64,000 nt of DNA from Phycisphaerales bacterium (GCA_003142595.1 PLMU01000003.1:6501-70500), one strand, 5' to 3'; counted from the stretch's first letter, positions 44,662 through 54,310 are shown. Notes: generated by a model not told the origin, from the letters alone. Translations and numbers: made by a program.

Positions 44662-47160
44662 ATGCAGCTAAATAGCGATAAATCACTTGAGGAGCTAACT
44701 GTTCCAAACAATAGATGGCTGACATCCAGGATTAGCCTGTTAATAGTTCTGATAGTTGCCGTTTGTGCAGCAGTTCTTATAACACATTGGCCCGCTTTGT
44801 CGGCAAAGGCTTTATCTTTCGATGACAATCGATATTTTCAAGAAAATTTTCTCGTGCGGAGTCCCAGTTTAGAGTCGGCATGGCGGTTTTTAACAGAGGT
44901 TCTTAATCCGTCAACCGTAGGCGGATACTATCAGCCATTAACTATGATTTCACTGATGCTGGACTATGCTATAGGCGGACAGACAGATAATATAATGACG
45001 TTTCATAGAACCAGCCTTCTGTTTCATGTTTTGAATACTGCGCTAATAATTGTGCTCCTTTATCAGTTGTTTGGTTCAGAATGGATAGCGGCAGGGGTGG
45101 GGTTGCTTTTCGGGGTACATCCTTTGACAGTAGAAACAATCCCCTGGATAGGTGAACGCAAAACCCTGCTGGCTGCATTTTTTGCATTTTGGAGTCTAAT
45201 TCTTTACGTTCGTTTCGCCCGCAGCGGTAATTCCAAAGCTCGTATAGGCTCTATTGTTATGTATGCGCTGGCTCTAATGTCCAAGCCAACAAGCACACCG
45301 CTGCCTGTTTTGATGCTGCTGATGGACTACTGGCCGCTGAGACGGTTAACACGACAAACTATTATAGAAAAATGGCCGTTTTTTGTTATCGGCGGCATAT
45401 CTGCTGTTGTAACATATATTTCACAAAGCCTTACCGCTTCAGTAATTCTGCCTGAATCATACGGTATAATGCGGGTTCCGCTGGTTATTTGTCATAATAT
45501 TATTTTCTATCTTTTTAAAATGGTTTGGCCGGTAAATCAATCTTCGCATTACGCCTTTCCAGACCCGCTTGGATTTTCTACTCCGATGGTAAGGATTGGC
45601 ATCATAGGTACTTTAATACTGATTCCTTTATTGATAATATCATTGCGGTGGACACGGGCGGCACTAGTCGGCTGGCTGATTTTCTTTGTGATGGTTTTTC
45701 CAACAATGCAGATGCTTCAATTCAGTGACGTTATCGCTTCAGATAAATTTGTTTATCTGCCTTCGATAGGAATACTGATGGCACTGGCGGCATTCTTGAG
45801 TTGGATATGCCGTGTCGATGATGTTCGCCGGCATATGGCAAGATATGCAGTGATGGCAATTGTGGTTATAACGCTGGCGGGTGCAGAATCTTTTGCCACA
45901 CGGCAGTATCTTGCGGACTGGAAAGATACAACCAGTCTTTTCGAACATATGACTAAAGTAACTCCTAATGCCGTATCTCCATATAATAATATGGGGGCGG
46001 CTCTTGGTGAAGCAAATGATTTAGAGGGAGCTGCAAGATGTTTTGAAAAAGTGCTAACAATAAAGCCCAACAATATTGATGCGCACATTAATCTGGGCAA
46101 AATATATGCCGACCAGGGTAAATATGATGAGGCTATGTTACATTATAACAAAGTGCTGCAAATAGACCCTGGAGAGGTTAGCGCATATGTTCATATAGGT
46201 GTTATGCTAACCAAACAGGGACGCATTGATGAGGCAATATCGCACTACCGTAAAGCAATAGAGCGTAAAATGCGGTATCCTGCTCCTTTACATGTTGGAC
46301 TTGGTACGCTTTTTCTCCAGCAGGGCAAATTAGAAGAGGCAATATATGAGTTCAATTACGCTCTGAAATTAAAGCCCGATGCAACAACCTACAATAATTT
46401 GGGAGTAGCATTGAGTTTAAAGGGCAGAATAAGTGAGGCAATGGAATGTCACAAGAAGGCTATAGGGCTTGACCCCAAAAATGCTGAGGCACACTATAAT
46501 CTTGCAAACACTTTGCTCGCACAAAACAAGTTCAGGCAGGCGATTAGCGAATACGAGGAAGCAGTGTACCTCAATCCCAAATACACCAAAGCGCACATTA
46601 ACCTCGCTGTTGCGTTGATGCAGGAAAACCGGTTCGATGAGGCAATCGAACATGCTGCTGAGGCGGTAGATATTGAGCCGAATAATGTCAATGCGCAATA
46701 CAACCTTGCTGCAGCATTAAGCCAGCGAGGCCGACTTGATGAGGCCATTGACCACTTTAACAAAGCGGTGAAGATTGAGCCGAATAACGCAGATACGCTT
46801 TACAATCTCGCAATAGTACTTGGCCAAAGTGGACGATTTGACGAGGCAATTGACCGCTTTGCCGAGGTGGTAAAAATCGATCCTAATAATATCAATGCGC
46901 ATTACGGTTTAGCTCAAGCCCTGGTTTACAAAGGTCGATTTGATAAATCCGCCGACGAATATCGTCAGGTATTGAGATTACAGCCGCAGGATGCCGATAC
47001 GTATTGTCTTCTCGGCAATGTTTTTGCCAGGCAGGGCAAGACTGAGCAGGCAGCCGCCGAATATCGTCAGGCGCTTAAAATAAATCCCCAACATTCCGCA
47101 GCACAGGAAGGGCTCAAGAGCGTTTTGTCTCTACAGGACGCAAATCAAATAGCAAAATAA
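44662..47160 (+). CDS. TMTC-like GT-C membrane domain + about 11 TPR (divergent distal paralog)
   Basis: FDDNRYF first-loop motif and HPLTVETIPWIGERKTLLAAFFAFW (same signature as the array). Eleven TPR units. GGAG SD. Confidence 0.85.
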   Translation: MQLNSDKSLEELTVPNNRWLTSRISLLIVLIVAVCAAVLITHWPALSAKALSFDDNRYFQENFLVRSPSLESAWRFLTEVLNPSTVGGYYQPLTMISLMLDYAIGGQTDNIMTFHRTSLLFHVLNTALIIVLLYQLFGSEWIAAGVGLLFGVHPLTVETIPWIGERKTLLAAFFAFWSLILYVRFARSGNSKARIGSIVMYALALMSKPTSTPLPVLMLLMDYWPLRRLTRQTIIEKWPFFVIGGISAVVTYISQSLTASVILPESYGIMRVPLVICHNIIFYLFKMVWPVNQSSHYAFPDPLGFSTPMVRIGIIGTLILIPLLIISLRWTRAALVGWLIFFVMVFPTMQMLQFSDVIASDKFVYLPSIGILMALAAFLSWICRVDDVRRHMARYAVMAIVVITLAGAESFATRQYLADWKDTTSLFEHMTKVTPNAVSPYNNMGAALGEANDLEGAARCFEKVLTIKPNNIDAHINLGKIYADQGKYDEAMLHYNKVLQIDPGEVSAYVHIGVMLTKQGRIDEAISHYRKAIERKMRYPAPLHVGLGTLFLQQGKLEEAIYEFNYALKLKPDATTYNNLGVALSLKGRISEAMECHKKAIGLDPKNAEAHYNLANTLLAQNKFRQAISEYEEAVYLNPKYTKAHINLAVALMQENRFDEAIEHAAEAVDIEPNNVNAQYNLAAALSQRGRLDEAIDHFNKAVKIEPNNADTLYNLAIVLGQSGRFDEAIDRFAEVVKIDPNNINAHYGLAQALVYKGRFDKSADEYRQVLRLQPQDADTYCLLGNVFARQGKTEQAAAEYRQALKINPQHSAAQEGLKSVLSLQDANQIAK

Positions 47161-47220
47161 GGTTGATGAGTTGTGTTTGAAGTAAATAAATTAACGGCAG
47201 AAATATAAAATATCCCTCGT

Positions 47221-47883
47221 TTATTTGATGACAATTTTGGAAAAAACTATTTTATCGGGATTTTCGTTTATATAATTAACATCCGGAAAAGTCGCTCCTT
47301 CCAGCCAACCAACACTTTGCCATTCGGCATTCCAGGTATTGCCGTCTTCGGTAACCGGCCCAGTAAAATAATCTTCAATCCTGCCTTTAAGGTTGCCGGC
47401 CGGCATTTGCATTTCATAATATTCTAAAACAATCTTTACTTTCAGTGTTTTAGTGGTCTTATTATATCTTGCTATGCAAGGTCCCATTATAAACGCAGCA
47501 TAAGTATTTGGATCAGGACCGGTTATATCGACTCCCCCTTTTGCTAAATCTATTGGGCCGCCCAAAAAGTGAATAATTTTCTTAATGGAACCATCCGGTT
47601 CAAATTTAATGCCCCATTTGCTGGCGTCTCTTTCATTTACTACTGCCTCCCACACACCAACCATTGATTTAGGAAACGCGCCGGTTTTGGAATACCCTTT
47701 GAAAAAATCAGGCAACACATTTCCTACCGGGGTTTTGCCATCCCAAACTGAATTAGGGCCTTGAACAGTATTTGGGCCTTGCGGCGTCGGCGTCATCGAT
47801 ATTTTTTCATTCTGGCGGTTACAGCCGGCTAAACCTGTCAAAAAACATATAAGACTCATTATTAACATATCTCTTGCATTCAT
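47221..47883 (-). CDS. hypothetical lipoprotein
   Basis: Signal peptide with lipobox LTGLAGC. No recognised domain. Confidence 0.6.
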   Translation of the reverse strand: MNARDMLIMSLICFLTGLAGCNRQNEKISMTPTPQGPNTVQGPNSVWDGKTPVGNVLPDFFKGYSKTGAFPKSMVGVWEAVVNERDASKWGIKFEPDGSIKKIIHFLGGPIDLAKGGVDITGPDPNTYAAFIMGPCIARYNKTTKTLKVKIVLEYYEMQMPAGNLKGRIEDYFTGPVTEDGNTWNAEWQSVGWLEGATFPDVNYINENPDKIVFSKIVIK

Positions 47884-47954
47884 AACAGAACTCCAAATAT
47901 ATCGACACCCGTTAAAACAATTAATTTGCGGATTTTAACCAGTATCCCCAAAAA

Positions 47955-47991
47955 ATCAACAAAAAAGAGGCGTCCCATTTCGGGGCGCCTC
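47955..47991 (-). terminator. intrinsic terminator of PEP-CTERM gene A
   Basis: GAGGCG.CCC-loop-GGG.CGCCTC hairpin followed by a U-run on the minus strand. Confidence 0.65.
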
Positions 47992-48027
47992 TTAAAATCA
48001 CCTGTTTCTGACTTCCTGAACAGCGTC

Positions 48028-48552
48028 TTATTTGCGACGACGCAGGAACAATCCGCCAAGACCCAATAGTGCCATTGTAACCGGTTCTGGAACAATCGTA
48101 ATAGTGTTGCTCTGCAGGTCTACATCATCAAAGTTGCCATCAGCGCTCTGAAAAGCGGTGATAGTATTGCCAGCAACTGCACCACTATAGGTTACTGTTA
48201 GCCAAACACCTTCTGGATAAACACTGGTAAAGGACGTCATGGTCCAGATTTCTCCGTTGCCATAAGTTGCATCACTACCGTTTCCCAGCATTGCCAGACT
48301 AGCCTCAGTATCTGCTGAATCTGTCGGAGCATTAGCGCCAATAGTGCCCAAGCTCAAAGTACCAACACTACCACCCGTGGCCTTTTTGATGCAAATAGCC
48401 ATCTGAAGATCAATCTGATCACTGGAAGGCACAACGCTAAGGTTTATAGTGCCTGAACCGGGAGTGTTGTCGCCGCTTAGCGTCATAGATACTGTTGCAC
48501 TAGCCAACGAGGCCATTCCAAGAACTAATACTAAAGTTAACATTTTTTTCAT
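48028..48552 (-). CDS. PEP-CTERM sorting-domain secreted protein (paralog A)
   Basis: Start at the ATG at 48552 after GGAGA. Signal peptide MKKMLTLVLVLGMASLASA. The C-terminus is VPEP + TM + RRRK. Confidence 0.85.
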   Translation of the reverse strand: MKKMLTLVLVLGMASLASATVSMTLSGDNTPGSGTINLSVVPSSDQIDLQMAICIKKATGGSVGTLSLGTIGANAPTDSADTEASLAMLGNGSDATYGNGEIWTMTSFTSVYPEGVWLTVTYSGAVAGNTITAFQSADGNFDDVDLQSNTITIVPEPVTMALLGLGGLFLRRRK

Positions 48553-48744
48553 TGTTCGGTCTCCATACATAAAAATTAACAACTTAATTGCTTTAGCCTG
48601 AAACCAGGCACAATTTACATTAAAAACGTTTGCGCGTTTTAAAGTCGATTCGATAGCCACAAAGCTTGCCCGCCTTAGGCGGGGTACTAATACATAGAAT
48701 CTAAGCTAATGACTAATTGATTGTTTTCTCGACCCCGATTAAAT

Positions 48745-48765
48745 AGCCACTAAGGCACAAAGAAG
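48745..48765. repeat. triple-octamer motif copy (CCACTAAG-GCACAAAG-AAG); partial copies at 48655-48664 and 48827-48838
   Basis: Direct reading. Three copies lie within about 190 bp, upstream of PEP-CTERM gene A. Confidence 0.65.
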
Positions 48766-48970
48766 TAAATAAATATATACTTGCGGCTATTTACAGATTA
48801 AATTGCCAAAAAGCTATTACTATTTCAGCCACTAAGAATAAAAAATCTAATTAAAATACTTAGTGAGTTTTCTTCCCGCCTTGGTAGTAATAACTTCATC
48901 TCAACCCCATTTACTTTGTGTATTATAGCAGGTTGGATAAGTGAATGCAAGAAAAAAATAAAAAAATTTT

Positions 48971-49664
48971 AGACACTGATTTCGCAGACTAACGCAGAAC
49001 TCTAAATAACTATATTATTAGACGCTGATTTCGCAGAGTGACGCAGAGATATTTAAACCGCTTTTTGACGCTTATTTCGCAGATTTCACAGGCTTATTTC
49101 AAACAATTTTTGCGGGCAGTCTGAAATATCTTGCGTTTAACGCTCAACGATTCGCCGAAATTCAACAGTAGGCCGACATCTATATTTGTTGCTTTTAGGT
49201 AATTGACCAACTGTACTTCATGTGCCGAATTGAGCGTCTGAACAGCTTTAATTTCAACGATGACTTTATCGGACACTACAATATCGGCAAAATATTCTCC
49301 TACAATTTGATTTGCATAATGAACGGTAATAGGTTTTTCCGCCACAGCCGAAAGCCCTATACTTTGCAATTCTATTACCATTGCTTTGTGGTAAATTTTT
49401 TCGAGAAAATCGTACCCGAGAGTATTGTGAACATTGTGGGCTGCTTTTATAATCTTTTCCGTAAGATCCGAATGTTCATACATAATTATCTCCTTTAGCG
49501 TCAATCAGCGAAATCAGCGTCTAAAAGACCGTTTTGCGACAGTATATCTCAACTTCAGGCAGTTTACAATCCAAAAGAGTTATAAACATATCGGTAAAAT
49601 CAGCGAAATCAGCGTCAAAAAATAGTTATTTAGAGTTCTGCGTCAATCTGCGAAATCAGCGTCT
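48971..49664. mobile_element. candidate non-autonomous or novel cassette: GxxExxY gene framed by three nested pairs of inverted repeats
   Basis: The outer arms 48971-49013 and 49622-49664 are 40/43 identical in inverted orientation. Inner copies of AGACGCTGATTTCGCAGA lie at 49020 and 49066 (forward) and at 49496-49522 and 49597-49617 (inverted). Confidence 0.55.
49094..49483 (-). CDS. GxxExxY protein (PD-(D/E)XK nuclease-fold family)
   Basis: Start at the ATG at 49483 after AAGGAG. GYDFLEKIY is the GxxExxY motif. ADIVVSDKVIVEIKAV gives a D...ExK pattern. Confidence 0.8.
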   Translation of the reverse strand: MYEHSDLTEKIIKAAHNVHNTLGYDFLEKIYHKAMVIELQSIGLSAVAEKPITVHYANQIVGEYFADIVVSDKVIVEIKAVQTLNSAHEVQLVNYLKATNIDVGLLLNFGESLSVKRKIFQTARKNCLK

Positions 49665-49703
49665 AAAAAAACAAAAAAAGAGGCAGGTCCGAAAACCTGC
49701 CTC
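49665..49703 (-). terminator. intrinsic terminator of PEP-CTERM gene B
   Basis: GAGGCAGGT-CCGAAA-ACCTGCCTC hairpin followed by a long U-run on the minus strand. Confidence 0.8.
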
Positions 49704-49740
49704 CTACATTTTTACTAAACAAGCTTCTAAAAGTTAAAGC

Positions 49741-50244
49741 TTATTTTTTCTTCCTGAGCAGCAGTCCGCCGAGGCAAAGCAGGGCGATTGTTGCTGGTTC
49801 TGGAATCACAATAGTGTTACTCTGCATGTCTACATCATCAAAGTTACCATCAGCGCTCTGAAAAGCGGTAATAGTATCGCCGGCAACTGCACCAGTGTAG
49901 TTTACTGTTAGCCAGACACCTGTTGGATAAACACTGGTAAAGGACGTCATGGTCCAGATTTCTCCGTTGCCATAAGTTCCATCCACACCCATCATTGCCA
50001 AACTAGCATCAGTATCTGCTGAATCTGTCGGAGCAGAAACGCCCATAGTACCCAAGTCCAGAGTACCCGAGCCTATGAGGCCAATAGCCATCTGAAGGTC
50101 AATCTGACCAGTGGGTGAAGGCACAACATACATACTTATAGTGCCTGAACCAGGAGTGCTGTCGCCGCTTAGCGTCATAGACACTGTTGCACTGGCCAAC
50201 GAGGCCATAGCAAGAACTAAAACTAAAACTAACAACTTCTTCAT
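49741..50244 (-). CDS. PEP-CTERM sorting-domain secreted protein (paralog B)
   Basis: Closely similar to paralog A along its whole length. The C-terminus is IPEP + TM + RKKK. GGAGG SD. Confidence 0.85.
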   Translation of the reverse strand: MKKLLVLVLVLAMASLASATVSMTLSGDSTPGSGTISMYVVPSPTGQIDLQMAIGLIGSGTLDLGTMGVSAPTDSADTDASLAMMGVDGTYGNGEIWTMTSFTSVYPTGVWLTVNYTGAVAGDTITAFQSADGNFDDVDMQSNTIVIPEPATIALLCLGGLLLRKKK

Positions 50245-50346
50245 CTTAATACCTCCTTAAATTAAATTAACATTCGAATGTTAAACTTTCTACATTCTTT
50301 AAATGTTTACATTATTAACTTTTACGTTACGTTACGTTACTTTACT

Positions 50347-51591
50347 TTAATTCATCCAGAAATTATACAAACCAACTACCGGTGCTGTATCGCATTGCGG
50401 AACAACAGTATTCGCTTTGTTATAGTAAGCCTTTAAAATAGTCAAGTCAGAAGCCATTACGGGCTTCAAGGATGAATCTTTGCGATCAAAGTCTGCACAA
50501 ATAGCAGGGTAGCCAGTAACTACAAGATCCCTAACAACGGATCCGGCCTTGTTATAGCCTCCCTTTAAAATAGTCAAGTCAGAAGCCATTACGGGCTTCA
50601 AGGATGATAGTTTGCCATCGGCATCGCCGCGACATTGCTTCCTATAGCACCAGCAGTCAGGTCTGCCATATGTGACCCATCTGTTGTACTCTGTAGCAGT
50701 ACTTTTCATACATTCTTCAACTCTGAAGCTCCAAATATCGCCGGTTGTTGTGCCGACAGTATTCTTTTCATCGATGCGCCAATAGTAGACTTTGCCCTGA
50801 GCCATTGTGCCAGGTATGGCATAGCTTGTGCCGGCCTGGTTTCCAATGTATATTCCAGGACTTACTGTTCCGAAATAGACATCGTGTGAATCAACAGTAC
50901 CAGTTCCAGCAGTCCACGTTAAGCTTGTACCGATACGAGCAACGCCGGTATCTCCATTATGATTTGGACCGGTTGCCTTGCCTGGAGCTGCAAGCGTGGT
51001 ATAAATAAACGTCTTGTCGGCAGCAGTTAAATCCTGTGTGCCGTTTTCAAGAACTAGACCACCACGATAAGTAATCTCATCACTCATTATGATGGGTGGA
51101 TTGCTTACCGCACCTGGATTAACCGTGAATTTGCAAAGTGTTCCGCTTGTTGGCGGAGCATTTGTGTCGGTAGCTGCAGGATTGTCATAATACAATGAAG
51201 CGAACTCAAGCACCATGTGCGATGATGGAAGAGCAGCGCCTGCACCTGGGTCTGCTGGCGATGAAACATTTGAATCAGCCAGTGGAGTGCCCCAGTTCTG
51301 TACTACGCCGGCGGTGTCAAGACTTATCCTTGCCGGATAAATACCATAGCCCCTATGATTGGGCTGGTTGCTCTCGCCGGTCATATAGCTGCCGCTCACA
51401 ACACTTGAAAACTGTGCGCCGGTTGGGAACGTCAAATCCAAAGCAAATGCCCTTGGAAGATTAGTCGAGCACGCATCGCTATAGGTGAGATCAATGACAT
51501 TGGTCGTGCCTTCTCTAGTCAGATTGACAGACAAAGCAAAAACTGGTGAAGCCATTAAAGCAATCGCTAAAACTAAAATCAGCTTCTTCAT
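50347..51591 (-). CDS. secreted protein with two C-terminal dockerin-like repeats
   Basis: Start at the ATG at 51591 (signal peptide MKKLILVLAIALMASPVFA). The internal segment VYFGT...YYWRIDE...GDIWSF is present. The segment D.DGK/DRKDSSLKPVMASDLTILK..YNKA is duplicated. Confidence 0.7.
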   Translation of the reverse strand: MKKLILVLAIALMASPVFALSVNLTREGTTNVIDLTYSDACSTNLPRAFALDLTFPTGAQFSSVVSGSYMTGESNQPNHRGYGIYPARISLDTAGVVQNWGTPLADSNVSSPADPGAGAALPSSHMVLEFASLYYDNPAATDTNAPPTSGTLCKFTVNPGAVSNPPIIMSDEITYRGGLVLENGTQDLTAADKTFIYTTLAAPGKATGPNHNGDTGVARIGTSLTWTAGTGTVDSHDVYFGTVSPGIYIGNQAGTSYAIPGTMAQGKVYYWRIDEKNTVGTTTGDIWSFRVEECMKSTATEYNRWVTYGRPDCWCYRKQCRGDADGKLSSLKPVMASDLTILKGGYNKAGSVVRDLVVTGYPAICADFDRKDSSLKPVMASDLTILKAYYNKANTVVPQCDTAPVVGLYNFWMN

Positions 51592-52233
51592 TTCATACCT
51601 CTCTAAAATAATTCTCTTTTTCTTCTTACGATATTCACATTTTTCGCTGAGCAAACAACTCAACAAGGTTCTGGTTTCTTTTTCTTTCTATTACCATTTT
51701 GCTCGAAAGAAACCCAACAAGCAAAAAAAACTCAAACGTCAATCAGACTCACAAAGCAAGTCTGACTCGAGTTTTCTCCTTTTTCCAGCACCTCCTTTCG
51801 GCCTAATGGCAAAAAGAAAAGACATTGTTTCTTTAGTGCTAATATCGTTCGGCAACATAAGCACAAGCCTATATTATCATTCTGCCATACAAAAATCAAG
51901 GAAAAAATAAAAAAAATGCTGATTTCAGTGCTGAAAACGGCATTAAAGAGCCTAAAGAGCGACATATCTTTGCCTATTTTGTAGTATAGTATGTCCTATA
52001 AAAGTAGGACCTATTTTAAAAAATTTTTTACAGAAAATTATTCTTACTATTAACTACAAAAATGCGTACTTTCTTAAAATAAATCGAAATATTTTTTTTT
52101 TATAGGAATTTATATGCAAAAGACAATATGAACACAAAACATCTTGTTATCTTTAATTTCACCTTAAAAAAGTGCACAAAAAAGACATTTAATATATAAT
52201 TAATGAAAAATTTCAAAAATTTATACAAATAAT

Positions 52234-52262
52234 TTGACTTTTTTGAATTAAATTCCTAATAT
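52234..52262 (+). promoter_or_regulatory. pckG promoter TTGACT-N17-TAATAT
   Basis: Hexamers at 52234-52239 and 52257-52262. About 80-nt leader, with GGAGG SD before the ATG at 52350. Confidence 0.5.
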
Positions 52263-52349
52263 CCGTCGGTTTTTACGCGTAACCAAAGCAAAAAATATTG
52301 CTGGCGAAAACCTCTAAAATACTCCTCGTTTATAAAAATCGGAGGCACT

Positions 52350-54236
52350 ATGGCAGTAGAAAACGCTAAAGAGTTCTTACAGGAAAAACTGGACAAAGAC
52401 AATTTCAGTAAATTATCAGCTATCGCAAACGATAAGCTTTACCAGTTTATCGCTGACGCCGTTGAGCTGACAAAGCCGGCAAAGGTCTTCGTTTCTACAG
52501 ATAAGCCGGAAGATATCGAATATACTCGCAAGCAATCTGTAGCAACCGGCGAAGAAAAGCCTCTCAAAATTAAAGGACATACTATTCACTTCGACGGAAT
52601 GGAAGACCAGGGCCGCGATAGAGAAGTTACCAAATACCTCGTTCCGCAAAACGAGACCCTCAGCAAAGCCCTTAACCAAATCGAAAGAGAACAAGGCTTG
52701 AAGGAAGTTCGCGGCCTGCTGGCAGGGGCGATGCAAGGCAGAATAATGGTTGTCCGCTTTATGACGCTGGGACCAAATAATTCAGAATTCAGCATTCCCT
52801 GCGTCGAATGCACCGATTCTTTCTATGTTTCGCATAGTATGAACCTGCTGTATCGGCTTGGCTATGAAGAGTTTAAACGCTTAGGGGCAAAGGCGAAATT
52901 TTTCGCTACGCTGCATTCCTGCGGCAAAATGAGCGACCGTATGGTCAGCGTCGAATCCGACAAAAAACGCATCTATATAGATTACACGACCGATTCCGTT
53001 TATGCCGTCAATACCCAATACGGCGGAAATACAATCGGTTTGAAAAAACTCGCTCTGCGACTAACTATCCGAAAAGCAGACCGCGAAGGATGGCTTGCGG
53101 AGCATATGTTCCTTGCCGGCATTTACGGCAAAGGCGGAAGAAAAACTTATCTGGCCGGTGCATTCCCGAGCGCCTGCGGCAAAACCTCAACAGCAATGCT
53201 GCCGGGCGAAACAATTCTCGGCGACGATATCGCATATTTCCGAAACGTCGATGGCAAATGCAAGGCCGTCAACGCTGAGTTCGGCATCTTCGGCATTATT
53301 CAGAATGTTACCGAAAAAGACGACCCTGCTATTTGGGATATGCTGACAAAGCCGGGCGAAGTGATATTCTCCAACGTGCTGATAAAAGACGGAAAACCTT
53401 ACTGGCTGGGTATGGGAATCGATATTCCTGCTGACGGCGAAAACTATTCAGGCCAGTGGACCAAAGGCAAAAAAGACGCCAAGGGCAACGAAATACCCTG
53501 TGCACATAAAAACGCCCGATATGCAGTAGCTTTGGATGCATTGAAGAACTGCGACCCGGAATTGGACAATCCGAAAGGCGTGGATTTAGCGGGCATTATG
53601 TATGGCGGACGCGATGCGAAATCATACGTTCCCTGCCAGCAGGGCTTCAACTGGGAACACGGCATTGTCGCTTACGGCGCATCGCTGGAAACCGAAACGA
53701 CTTTCGCAACTATCGGCAAAGAAGGCGTGCCGGAAATTAACCTGATGAGTATCCAGGACTTCGTCGCGATTTCGCTGGGCAAATATGTCAAAAATAACCT
53801 CGATTTCGGCAAGAAATTCAAAAATCCGCCTCTGGTGTTCGGCGTAAATTACTTCCTGCGCGACCAAGACGGCAAATTCGTCAACGGCGTTCGCGATAAA
53901 CACGTATGGGTCAAGTGGATGGAACTTAGGATTCATGGCGAAGCAGATGCTGTGGCAGCACCGACCGGATTAATTCCAAAATTTGAAGACCTCAAAAAGT
54001 TATTCAAGGAAGTTCTCAAAAAAGATTATACTCAGGCCAACTATGTCAATCAGTTTACAATCCGCGTAAAAGAGAACCTTGACAAGATAGACAGGGTCGA
54101 GAAATTTCACCGTGAACACGTGGCTGAAGCGCCTGCTGAAGTATTTAAGGTTTTGGCTGCACAGAAAAAACGGTTGGAAGAAGCGGGTAAGAAGTATGGC
54201 GATTTTATTTCGCCGTTCGACCTTGATAAAAAATAA
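52350..54236 (+). CDS. pckG: phosphoenolpyruvate carboxykinase (GTP)
   Basis: 628 aa. GAFPSACGKTS kinase-1a motif and the overall GTP-PEPCK pattern. Confidence 0.9.
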   Translation: MAVENAKEFLQEKLDKDNFSKLSAIANDKLYQFIADAVELTKPAKVFVSTDKPEDIEYTRKQSVATGEEKPLKIKGHTIHFDGMEDQGRDREVTKYLVPQNETLSKALNQIEREQGLKEVRGLLAGAMQGRIMVVRFMTLGPNNSEFSIPCVECTDSFYVSHSMNLLYRLGYEEFKRLGAKAKFFATLHSCGKMSDRMVSVESDKKRIYIDYTTDSVYAVNTQYGGNTIGLKKLALRLTIRKADREGWLAEHMFLAGIYGKGGRKTYLAGAFPSACGKTSTAMLPGETILGDDIAYFRNVDGKCKAVNAEFGIFGIIQNVTEKDDPAIWDMLTKPGEVIFSNVLIKDGKPYWLGMGIDIPADGENYSGQWTKGKKDAKGNEIPCAHKNARYAVALDALKNCDPELDNPKGVDLAGIMYGGRDAKSYVPCQQGFNWEHGIVAYGASLETETTFATIGKEGVPEINLMSIQDFVAISLGKYVKNNLDFGKKFKNPPLVFGVNYFLRDQDGKFVNGVRDKHVWVKWMELRIHGEADAVAAPTGLIPKFEDLKKLFKEVLKKDYTQANYVNQFTIRVKENLDKIDRVEKFHREHVAEAPAEVFKVLAAQKKRLEEAGKKYGDFISPFDLDKK

Positions 54237-54256
54237 TTGATTACTCAAGTAAACTC

Positions 54257-54309
54257 AAAAACCCCGGTATCCTTCGACTTCGCTCAGGACAAGCATGCCG
54301 GGGTTTTTT
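54257..54309. terminator. bidirectional intrinsic terminator (pckG / hydrolase)
   Basis: AAAAACCCCGG ... CCGGGGTTTTTT, with a loop of about 30 nt. A-run and T-run flank the stem. Confidence 0.7.
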
Positions 54310-54310
54310 A

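Noticed and set aside
47880-48095. 71-aa minus-strand ORF between the lipoprotein and PEP-CTERM gene A
   Set aside because: It spans the terminator hairpin and the 3' end of the PEP-CTERM gene, so it is not credible.
48971-49664. The repeated GACGCTGATTTCGCAGA copies as a mini-CRISPR array
   Set aside because: There are only six copies, in two opposed orientations, with irregular spacing (46-95 bp and a 400-bp gene in the middle). This is inconsistent with a CRISPR array.
49434-49737. + strand ORFs 49434..49625 and 49534..49737
   Set aside because: These are translations of the inverted-repeat copies (FSVNQRNQRLK and FCVNLRNQRLK) and therefore repeat artefacts.
51485-51965. ORFs 51485..51910 (+) and 51732..51965 (-) in the spacer upstream of pckG
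   Set aside because: They are low-complexity Lys/Ser/Phe-rich products in an AT-rich promoter region and overlap the start of the secreted-protein gene.
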